From contig JANMHM010000057.1 of the NCBI GenBank assembly GCA_031375155.1, forward strand, positions 2,661-66,660: a stretch of DNA of 64,000 nt. The letters run 5' to 3'. The DNA comes from Candidatus Altimarinota bacterium (lineage in GTDB: Bacteria; Patescibacteriota; Gracilibacteria; BD1-5; UBA2023). The translations under genes were made by a program, and so were the position numbers. How positions within the stretch are numbered: the first letter of the stretch is position 1; each line of letters begins with the position of its first letter. Shown here piece after piece: positions 43,946 to 53,689 of the stretch. A model generated the notes under the pieces. It saw only the letters and a program-made list of their open reading frames with translations, made no database searches and was not told the origin of the DNA.

Positions 43946-45868
43946 ATGCCTCCTGAATCCCTCTCCACATCACCCGAACAGACACAACAACCAATTCTCT
44001 CACCAGAACAGGCAGATTTCGCTATACAAAGTCTCAGAATCCCTAGAGAAAAGCTTGATGAGCTAACAAAAAACCCAGAATTCCAAAAAGACCTAAAGAT
44101 TCTCCAAGATAATCCATGAAATACTACTGAGCATGGGGAATTTCTGAAAAAATATCTATCGACGATAGATAAAAAAGATGGTTGACAAATCTTAAGAAAA
44201 GCCGATGGTTCGATTGATTTTTGAGGATGGCTATCGGGGAAAACTCCAGAAGAGCTGAAAAAGATGGTAAAATGATTGACTCGTGATGAAAAAGAATCCT
44301 ACGGAATATATGTGGAAAATGAATGAAAAAAATTGGATGCGAAAAATGAACAAAAAATTGCGACAGGACAAAAATTGGATGCGACGATATCAGATATTAA
44401 TCAAAAGAAAGTAGAAAAAATTGCGACAGGACAAAAATTGGATGCGACGATATCAAAACAGTTTGAGCAATGTACAGAACAACAAGTCCAACTCGAAAAA
44501 TCTCTCTCAGAAGAAGGAAAACTTGCTCTCAAGTGAGATGTAGTCTCCATCAAGAATAATCCAAGTTCCCTAGAATACCAGGAACTGATCCTAAAATGAG
44601 TGACTGAAGAACAAATCAAGTCAGGCAAAGCAGACTCGATGATCACAGCTCTCTATACCTATAATAATCAAGCAAAATTCTTAGAAAAAGGGTGGGTGGA
44701 GAAATGAAAAGAAGCCGACTTCCAGAAGACAGTCGATAATTTCTCAGATATACTTGGAAAAGATCGAAGAAATCTCTGAGATATACCAAAATTCGTAGGG
44801 AACACACTCATCTCATGAGAACGCAAAGAAATGGTGCTCCAATGAGTCGACAAGCTAGTAAATTCTGGTAAATACAACCTCTCGCAAACTACCTATAATG
44901 CCGAAAGTGGCTATATCACTTTTTATGGAGAGAGAAAGGGTGAGTCTACTCGTATCGATACCTCGAAAAATCCTCCAGTTCTCGAATACCAAAAAAATGG
45001 ACTCTCAATAGGAAAGATCATAGAAAAACAAGAGCTATCGGATGAGGAGAAGTCCCGAGAAGCTGGTATAGAACGTGAACATAAGAATTTTTCTGAAAAT
45101 AAGAATACTACTCGCACTGCTCTTTTGCAAAATTGATACCAAATACTCATAGACCCCTCAGAAGAAGGGAAAAAATTTATCGAAAAATACCAAAATTTCT
45201 CATTCTCTGATTCTTTGAATCCACAAAAAAAAGCAGAAATGCTTACTGCAATCAATACCGAAAAAATACGAGTAAAGTGACTTCCATGAGATACAAGTAA
45301 TACGGAACTCGATAAAAAACAAAAGGCTGCGCAATCCAGTATAGAAAAATCACTCGATAGCTTCAAGGAAGCAATAGATATTACTGTAAAAAATATTGAT
45401 ACTCTTCCGAAAATTCCAAAAGATTCAAATACAACTTTTGAAAGAACAGCAGAATATAATCTCAATTTCCTTACATATATCTGATATGACACCATCGGTC
45501 AAGAAAATATGGAGAAAGTTATACGTACTCTCAATAGTCCTGAGAACCCGAAACGAAGTGAGATAGGAGAAATAAATCTGAATGAAAAACTCGATACCCT
45601 AAAAACCCAAGCACTTACTCTCGCCATCGCAAATCTCGTCCGTGCAGGAAGGAAAGAAAATATTCAAACCGTACCAACAGAAAAGGATATGAAAAATGAG
45701 GCCACGCAAAAATCATGGGATGATGTAGATAAAAAAAACCATATCATAGCTGCGCGACAAACACAATCACTTTGATTCCGAGAGGCACTTATGGTAGTTA
45801 AGAGAAATATGATGAATGAATGAGGAAGCCTAAAAACTGAAGCGAGTATCAAGAGTGTTCTACTTTAA
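43946..45868 (+). CDS. hypothetical protein (640 aa)
   Basis: ATG 43946 to TAA 45866-45868 with only TGA in frame. Fragments 44333-44536 and 45509-45775 lie in this frame. Lys/Glu-rich, with no recognised domain. Confidence 0.7.
44178..44281 (+). repeat. 104-nt coding module, copy 2
   Basis: See 43461-43564. Confidence 0.85.
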
Positions 45869-45881
45869 AACAATATAACAA

Positions 45882-45912
45882 AAATCCGAAACCCCCTAGG
45901 TCTCGGATTTTT
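45882..45912. terminator. bidirectional hairpin terminator
   Basis: AAATCCGA-aaccccctaggtc-TCGGATTT followed by TT. It lies between convergent genes. Confidence 0.55.
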
Positions 45913-46531
45913 ATATTTCTATCGCACGAGCAAGGAGAAATGACTTCACTTCCGCGTCCGAAGGTGGATCAGGGATGAGGTATTCGACTCTTTCTGTATA
46001 GTTGATATCGTCATGATATGCGAGCTGTTCGACGAACTGGGCTGACTGGAAGAGCGAACCAAATATTTTTTCCGCATGTCGAGATATCGTATCTATAGTA
46101 TAGTGATCTCGTATGATGAAGTAGAGATCGACATAGTCTTTCCACTTCGCGCGTCTCCCCATAGCAAAAGCCTTCATAGCAGCAAGTGAGAGAAGATCAG
46201 GGATCTTGATAGCATCTTTCACCTCGACGGTGGCTTCGATAGGATAGGGATAGTAGAAAAAGGTAGTCTGTACTCATCCGATCATGCCATGATATTGTCA
46301 CTCTTCAGCGACATAGAGAGTTTGCCATCGGACTTTGGCATCATCGAGAGTAGATTGGATGATATTCGAGCGAAACTTCGTGGCACGAAAAAGATCAAAA
46401 TCAATACTCTTTCTATGTCAGAGATGGAGAGAAATCGCTGTTCCTCAGACCATATAAAAACTCCTCTTGCGGGCAGCACGCAGAAGATGAAAAAGGTCTA
46501 TCTGTGTATCGGAGAGGATTTCTTTATGCAT
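45911..46531 (-). CDS. nucleotidyltransferase AbiEii/AbiGii-like toxin (DUF1814-type)
   Basis: MHKEILSDTQIDLFHLLRAARKRSFYMV-G-GTAISLHL-G-HRKSIDFDLF matches the L.GGTAL....HR.S.D.D.F motif. The C-terminal half is the listed ORF 45911-46222. Confidence 0.8.
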
Positions 46532-46796
46532 GATGAAGCGAGAGATAGTGTGACCAGTATGATATAGTACGCGGTTCGAGATTGAGTGCTCTACGACTAT
46601 GGATAATAGTATCGAATTCTTTTTGGAATTGAGCGTGACCGAGTATAGCTATGAGTTCTTTTTTTTCTTCCATTTTTCCATAGGTGAGGGTAGCTTCTAC
46701 TATGGCACTATCATCGAGCCCGTCGAGATCACTTACCCACCAGAGAAATCCTGGATGTTTCTTGATAAATGATTGTGGCGTTTCTATTTTTTTCAT
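46524..46796 (-). CDS. putative cognate antitoxin (small protein overlapping the toxin start)
   Basis: MKKIETPQSFIKKHPGFLWWVSDLDGLDDSAIVEATLTYGKMEEKKELIAILG... Its stop overlaps the toxin ATG by 8 nt. The FLWxVxxxxLD...YG pattern is typical of partners of this toxin family. Confidence 0.55.
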   Translation of the reverse strand: MKKIETPQSFIKKHPGFLWWVSDLDGLDDSAIVEATLTYGKMEEKKELIAILGHAQFQKEFDTIIHSRRALNLEPRTISYWSHYLSLHHA

Positions 46797-46921
46797 ATTT
46801 TTATTATATTGATATTTATGAGAAAATCCACTGATTTCCACGAATATTTCCCTTATTTCTCTTTCTATTTCACCTCCATATCTTTTCTAGAATCTGTGAT
46901 CTAAAATCTAAGATCTAACTC

Positions 46922-49255
46922 CTACTTCCCCACTCCCGGTGGCGGATCAGAGAGGATACGTCCATCGTACTCGATGATCAGCGCAACCTCTGGATGTGCG
47001 AGAGCGGTCGGACTCGAAGCTTTAAATCCTGGAGTCGTGAGATAGTCGCCACGGATCTTCTCGAAATCGTACTTTTCTGCATCACTTGGACCACTACAGT
47101 CAGATGTCTTCACATAGTACGGGCAGAGTCATGCGAGTGTATCACCAGTCGTATTCGCTGATATGAGTGAGCCATGGATATAGAGCTGACTATCCCCACT
47201 CGAGAGGACACTATGCTCAGCAAAGAGTGAGGCTTCGATATCAGTGACAATTGGGTCGATACGGATATTACCACCGATTCCATCTTCATCAGCGAGAGCG
47301 ATGATCGAGAGGGGACGATCTCGCTTCACTATATTTCCTGTGATAGTCACATCTGCACCGATGACGATGATCGATCGTTTCGAGGCAAATGAAGCATTCA
47401 CAATAGAAAGACTTCCTGTCGATACGAGGTAGTCGACATCATCGTAGTTGGTACGGTTTCGCGAGAGGAGTGCTACAGACTTGCGGATCGTATTCCAGAG
47501 ATTCGACTTTGCTCAGGTCTGGAGACCATTGTACTGCATACCGACATTGTTTTGCCCGAGGATGAGGAGTGCCGATTGCCCATATTTTGATCATCAGAGT
47601 GATCCTGCAGTACTCGGATAGAGGACTCGAGTACCAGAGACGACATAGGTAATATAGCTCTCGTAGGAGACGGACTCGAGTGGAGGATCTGCGACAGTGG
47701 GTGTGTAGAGTCCAGAGAAGCTCGATCATGGTGTCGAGACGATGACAGGTCCTGATCAGAAATCAAACCAGTTACACTCATTGGATCCAGATCATTGAGA
47801 GTATTTCGTACACGATATACTATCTCACTGAAAACTCTTAAACGAAGCGAGGAGATTATCAGGACCGATCTGGATATGATAGAGAGCTGTCGCGGTAGGC
47901 TCGACCTCTACAGAGGCATGAGTAAGTGCACCAGAGAATTCGACTCCAGAGCCGACGATGATATCTCCATTTACCGAAAGCAGAGAGCTATACCATGGAG
48001 TGAATATAAGAGGCGTCTCCCAAGCGCTTTGTGTAATATCACTCGTCACTCCGAGTGCATCAGTATAGAGAATGCCTGAAAGACTCATACTCTCTCATGC
48101 TGATGTAGGTGCTATCGAGGCAATACTGTAAGTCACATCTCAGATAATATCAATAGGGAGCGATGTGAGGGCTCTTCCATCTAACTGATCATCAAGGATA
48201 CTTCAGGAATGGATAACTGCACTTCCCAAAAAAGAGATTGGATACTCTAACATTTCGAGTGAATCTACTTGATTGGCACGAGTCTCTGTCACATACCCTA
48301 TCTCTATTTTTCCTCCGCTTGTCATATTCCCATAACGATCACGTATACGTAAGCGAAAATGATAAAACTCTTTTCCATTGGCGACGAGATTATTTCCTGA
48401 TTTTATGAGTGACATCGACTCGAGAGTCGCACCATCAGGACACAAAGCAGGAGAGGCATTACAAAAAGACTGACGAATAGTAGAAGCGATCGACGCATCG
48501 AGAGAAATGCTTGGGATATTTGGCGATACTCTATAGTTAGAAAAAAGTGTCCTGCTTCCATTTGGATCAGTGATCTCGACAGTATAGTCACTCGCATGGG
48601 AAAGATCTACGGAAGAAAGTGAGCTATATATCGCTGGAGTATGTCATGTAGGCCAGAATACATAGTTCCATGAACCAGTACCATAATACCGAGTCGATCA
48701 CGAGATCGAGAGTATCTGAGCATGATCTGCGAGTGATCCTGTCCCTTCTGAGAACTCTGCAGAAAGGAGTGGCAGGATGATGCCTGAGAGCGAATAGTCA
48801 CCGACATAGGTCGACATCGTGCCAGAGAGGAGAGCTGTATATGGATCAAACTGGATTTTCCCGTCTTCGAAGATGACATCTCCGATCATCTCACCCCACG
48901 CTGTACCAGAGAGTGTACAAGGAGTAGTAAGTGAGCTTAGTGACTGACTACAGTTGAAATCGACACGATATGATCCCGTATCGAAGAGCACCCACCCCGC
49001 TCCAGAGAGATAAAATGCTCAGGAAAAAGTCTCTGTAGCTGTCTCGAGAGTAGGGTATTTATCTGTGATTCCACTGCCATAGAGGACCTCTCGAACACTG
49101 AAAAATACACCATCACTCGATCCTGTCATCGCGATAGACGGACCAGGGGTGAAGGTATAGGCATATGTCTCGAGAGAGATCGAGAGAGATACTAAAATAA
49201 CTGAGATGAGAAAAAGAAATCGCCACATCATACCTCTATGATAGCACTTCTTCAT
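46922..49255 (-). CDS. large secreted protein (777 aa, hypothetical)
   Basis: Signal-like MKKCYHRGMMWRFLFLISVILVSLSISLETYA. Fragments 49019-49255, 48698-48991, 48203-48445, 47825-48088, 47129-47401 and 46922-47113 share one frame joined by TGA. Real TAG stop at comp. 46922-46924. Confidence 0.8.
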
Positions 49256-49313
49256 TCACCGAGCGAATATCGGAAAGAGAATATGATCTATTTTCCCTTG
49301 CAGAAAAAGAAAT

Positions 49314-50282
49314 CTATTTCCCAGTGAGTTTCATACAGCGATCGATCGTTCCTGTAGCGATGAGCATATCACAGAGGGATGTGTCACCGAGTTCACGGAC
49401 ATTCCTGATGACTACCATATCATGACACTGATCGCGGTACTTCGAGGTCGAAAGTGTCTCACAGTCATCGAGCGTCCCACTCGATATGAGCGACTGGAGT
49501 TTCATAGCATCACTACGAGATCCGAGATTGGATTTGCAGGTGTCTGATTTCGCACTATCAGTGATCTCAGCACAGAGAGATATATCAGAGTCCGTCACTG
49601 CTTTCTGAAAGAGGATAGTATCGCGACAGACACTACGAAGTTTCTCATCTGCGATGACATCACAGGAAGTGAGACTCCTGGACGCTATGGCTTCACGATA
49701 GATAGAGCTATCATCCTTCTGTATGAGTAGTCTCTGGCATTCTCAAGCTATACTACTTTCGAATGTCGCACAGATACTACTCGAGATCGATCCCGATGCG
49801 TTCGCGAGGACAAAGAGGGATTTTTCGACTGATTCGATACAGTTTTTTGCTATATTTTCATCCTGTATGCTCCGACATGATTCTTTATTATTTTTTTCTG
49901 TCGAGAGAGAGTAGTAGATATTATCCTGACAACGAACGATCATCCCTGATGATGAGAGTACGCTACATTTTTCGATATTTTTCTCATCGAGTGCGAGAGT
50001 AGCTCCGATCATATCGAGACATGATTTTTTTTGCCCTATATCTCCTATAGTGAGACAGAGCTCACTACTACGGTTTTTGATGGCTTCATTATAGATTGCT
50101 ATATCTTTTTCTGCTTGGTCAGCACTATTTTTTAGCACCTCGTCATAGGGAGGATTTTGGACTTCTTTTCGGAACATCCATCTATTTCCTGTTTCTGATT
50201 CAGGAGCAAGATAGCTATAGAGAAAGTAAAATCCCAGAAAAACGGCAATAATAATAACGATATTGATGATATTTTTCTGCAT
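49314..50282 (-). CDS. membrane-anchored Cys-repeat protein (322 aa, hypothetical)
   Basis: N-terminal TM NIINIVIIIAVFLGFYFLYSYL, followed by repeated C-x(n)-C units (ELCLTIGDIGQKKSCLDM, EKCSVLSSSGMIVRCQD, ...). Two fragments are joined by TGA 49743-49745. Confidence 0.7.
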
Positions 50283-50343
50283 AAAAAAAGATATGAGCTA
50301 ATGCTCACATCTTAAGAAAAATAATGAGAAATGCAATCTCTTT

Positions 50344-50997
50344 CTACCTTCGTATACATCTCACATTCGCTATCTCTGTCTCCTCGCCACCGACGAGCTC
50401 CAGACCATTTTCTCCATACTGGAATTTGCGAGACTCCTCACTATAAGACCCATCGGTACTATCGAGACGATATCCACTCGAGTTACCTCAGAGATGGAGG
50501 ACGATCGGTCGAGCTCCCCATATATCTTCATAGGTCGATGTCCAGTAGGCTCCGAGAATATCTGAGCGTGACTCGACCATGACATCAGCATCACTATCTC
50601 GAAATATCCGGTACCCTCCATTGTAAGGGAGGTTGAGGAGTCGTGAAAGACTTACATTATTGAGTCGAGAGTAGTATATAACTACTTCCCATTCTCCACG
50701 ATTTGGTACTCGGTATCCTTTCGCACACGGACCAGTATAGATGTCTGTCGGAGAGGTCTTTCGCTGGAACTCGAGACGGCTTCCGACACCGTTATTCGAG
50801 AGAAATGTAGAGACCGTATCCCCTGCAGAAAACCATCCAGATTTGGTCGTGGATCCTTTATTTTTCGAGAGAGAATTGCATGATGCCCATGCCTGTCAGC
50901 CGACGATGATATCACTATAGCTACATCCTGGATAGGCGAACGTCGAAAATGGAACTATGAGAGAAAGGCTACAGGCGAGAAGAAGAAATTTTCGCAT
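50344..50997 (-). CDS. secreted FISUMP-type (Fibrobacter succinogenes major paralogous domain) protein
   Basis: MRKFLLLACSLSLIVPFSTFA signal peptide, then GPCAKGYRVPNRGEWE, GAYWTST and a C-terminal VRCIRR. This frame is absent from the ORF track because of frequent TGA. No TAA/TAG in frame. Confidence 0.75.
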
Positions 50998-51041
50998 AAA
51001 AGAAAAGTGAAAAAATACTGTTAACAGTTATATAATACTAG

Positions 51042-51746
51042 TTAATTATAATTGTCAATACTTTTTCTAAGAATCTTCTCAGATATTTCTCTTCGCTTGT
51101 CCTGATCATGAAACTTGAGTATATTTCGAGTGATGATCACGCCTTCGGGTTTTCACTTTTTCTTATATGACATCTTTGCTTTCCACTCTCAGAGTGGGCG
51201 AATAAGACTATCGAAAAAAGTACCAAATATATCTCACAAGGTTATTCGCAAAGGGAGAGAGAGAAATGGTGTTTTTTTCTCCGATTTGACCCAAGTATTG
51301 TGAACTAGAAAATGATCCCACGTATCACCCACCACGAGTATTGGCTTCATATAGTAGATCCAGTAGAAGAGATATATATCATCCTCTAGAGCGATCTGAG
51401 AGATATCCATTGCGTCCTCTTCTATGAAAAATGAGAGGCAGAAATTCCCCGCTATGTCTTCCCCACGTCGCCAAACGCCATACATCCAGAAAGCAAGCGT
51501 CATAAGTACTCGTACGAACCACATGCGATCTTTCGCAGTGATGACGAAAAGATCGATATCTGAGTTCTCGTGTGTGGCATACATCGAGAGTGAGTTCACG
51601 ACTGCCACCATACGAAGTCCTGGGATCCACGATATTTTTCGGATATATTTCTCTGCGCGAACAAAGAGCACTTTCTCATGCTCGTTTGGCTCAGGTTTGA
51701 CTCCCATGAGAGTATCGAAAGATGATTTATAGTCGAGAAAGTGCAT
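51042..51746 (-). CDS. hypothetical protein, possible nucleotidyltransferase fold
   Basis: SLSMYATHENSDIDLFVI resembles the pol-beta-type GS...DxD motif. It starts 5 nt after the ruvA stop. Fragment 51234-51746 extends through TGA to TAA at comp. 51042-51044. Confidence 0.55.
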
Positions 51747-51751
51747 ATATA

Positions 51752-52330
51752 CTATTGCGAAAGTTTCTTGATCGCTTCGATCGTACGGATCTCGAGAGAG
51801 CTCTCCGGGTCGAGATCGTGGATGATCTCTTCTACTCGAGATTTATCATATCCCATCTGGACGAGAGAGGAGATGAGTGTCATGTCGGAAGTGTTTTTTT
51901 GTTTCGAGTTCGATCACGAGTGCTTCGAGAAATCGATCGAACCCTTGAGGTCCACGATGATCTTCTGAGCTGTCTTCTTGCCGATCCCAGGGACAGAAGA
52001 GATCAGCTTATCATCTTCGAATTGGATCGCCTTGAGAAGAGCATCTCACCCAAGACCAAGGAGATTCAGTGCAGTTTTTCCTCAGACTCCATTCACCTTG
52101 AGAAGCTGACGAAAGAGATCTTTTTCGCTACGATCGACAAATCAAAATAAAGTTTCTCATGCATCATTGATGTTATGATGGAGGTAGATTTCTGATTTCT
52201 CTCAGATGCGGATGTTCGCGATAAGGAGTGGAGAGGCAAATATCTCGAGCCCGAGACCAGTCCCATCGACGAGACAAGTGATCTGGATATTATCGAGAGA
52301 GAGGATTTTACCGTAGATATAAGAAAACAT
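51752..52330 (-). CDS. ruvA: Holliday junction DNA helicase subunit RuvA
   Basis: MFSYIYGKILSLDNIQITCLVDGTGLGLEIF...F-G-FVDRSEKDLFRQLLKVNGV-G-GKTALNLL...ISSVPGIGKKTAQKIIVDLKG. Confidence 0.9.
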
Positions 52331-52392
52331 TTCTTTGTGGTTTGGAAAAGTAGGAACTCTTGCATTTTACAGAAAGACTCTAGAATAACAAC

Positions 52393-53358
52393 ATGAAAAG
52401 AGAAAGTATTGATATATTTTTGGACATCATCGATAACTACGGCGATATGTGATGGGTACTCGAGTGTATGCTGATGAGTGGTATAGATGTGGAGTGGCGT
52501 ATCGTGACCGATGCGCCTCTGAAGATACGAGTATTTCTCGAGAAAAGTGGATGCGAGTGACTCAGCTACGAGCTCATCGAGAAATCACACTATGATTATC
52601 AGGCATCATCGAAAGTCATATTTCTCACCCTTCATGCTCAAGTAGATATTTCGAAATTTGGCGATGGGAGAGTTTTTTTTAGGATCAACTATCTCTCCTT
52701 CGATCCCTGGTATACGAGAGTACATCTCCAGGAACATATCGCATCGACGAGAGAAAAAAAAATCATCGAACTCACCTACTCACCCCTCGCGTGAACATGA
52801 GGCATCTGGAAATACTCGAAAACTGAGATCACGAGATGAGTCTGGCTCGATCGTATGGGACTCGATAAAGCTCTCGAGAAAAAAATATGGATTCCGATTT
52901 TTGCCTATGAGAAAACTCTCGGTATGCTCGAGCATATGGAAATAAATGACGATATCGTCATATTTCAAGTCAGTGGTAAAATAAGGATACCGTGAGCCAT
53001 ATACTTCGACTACCTCACGAGAGAAGACTTCTGGAGTCTGGTCGATCTCTCTGATATCAGTATCGTTAGAGGAGAAATCTCGATGGTGCGAGCGATCTCG
53101 AGTGAGAAACCATTTCTCTGGGATATGTATAAAGAACTCGGTGGGTGGAATAAGGAAGAGTCGAAAGGATATCTCGACTGGCAAAATAGAGGAGATCACT
53201 ATGGGGCTATCCATACTGATCTCAACGAAGGAAAACAACTTCACTACGTAGATATACTCTCTGTGATGAGAGAATGGGAAAAGAAAAAAAGTCTACCTTT
53301 TCCTAATTTCTGAGAAACTCTCCAAAAAACTCTTGACAAGATCGGTATTTCCCTATAA
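52393..53358 (+). CDS. earP: EF-P arginine rhamnosyltransferase EarP-like (DUF2331)
   Basis: IDIFLDIIDNYGDM-G-WVLE, RINYLSFDPWYTRVHLQ and IVRGEISMVRAISSEKPFLWDMYKE match the EarP patterns DIFCxVVDNxGDxGV, NLEYLSAExW and VRGEDSxVRAxWAxKPFxWxIY. Confidence 0.7.
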
Positions 53359-53359
53359 T
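53333..53359 (+). promoter_or_regulatory. promoter candidate for the tRNA pair
   Basis: TTGACA (53333-53338) and TATAAT (53354-53359) are separated by a short 15-nt spacer, about 23 nt upstream of the tRNA 5' end. Confidence 0.4.
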
Positions 53360-53381
53360 CACCGAGCGTCTAGATCCATTT

Positions 53382-53458
53382 GCCAATGTAGCTCAGCTGG
53401 TTAGAGCACGGGACTCATAACCCCGAGGTCGGTGGTTCGAGCCCACTCATTGGCACCA
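53382..53458 (+). tRNA. tRNA-Met (anticodon CAT), elongator type. tRNA-Ile2 (lysidine) not excluded.
   Basis: Cloverleaf GCCAATG/CATTGGC, D-arm GCTC..GAGC, anticodon loop CTCATAA, T-arm GGTGG-TTCGAGC-CCACT, encoded CCA. G1:C72 are paired. Confidence 0.9.
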
Positions 53459-53548
53459 TTCTTCGCTCTAGGAGCTTCGAATGGCGCAAGCCAAAATGCT
53501 CTAATAGAAACCCAGAATCTCTCTAGTAGAAACATTGTACCAGTATAT

Positions 53549-53623
53549 CGCGGAGTAGAGCAGTGGTAGCTCGCAAGGCTCATAACCTTGAGGTCGTATG
53601 TTCGATTCATACCTCCGCAACCA
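53549..53623 (+). tRNA. initiator-type tRNA-fMet (anticodon CAT)
   Basis: CGCGGAG...CTCCGCA-ACCA has the C1xA72 mismatch typical of bacterial initiators. Anticodon arm CAAGG-CTCATAA-CCTTG and T-arm GTATG-TTCGATT-CATAC. Confidence 0.85.
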
Positions 53624-53634
53624 TAAAAATCTGA

Positions 53635-53661
53635 AAATTCCATATAAAAGTGGAATTTTTA
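53635..53661 (+). terminator. intrinsic terminator after the tRNA pair
   Basis: AAATTCCA-tataaaag-TGGAATTT followed by TT. Confidence 0.55.
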
Positions 53662-53689
53662 TTTGTGTTTTTGCGTGATTTCGGATAAA

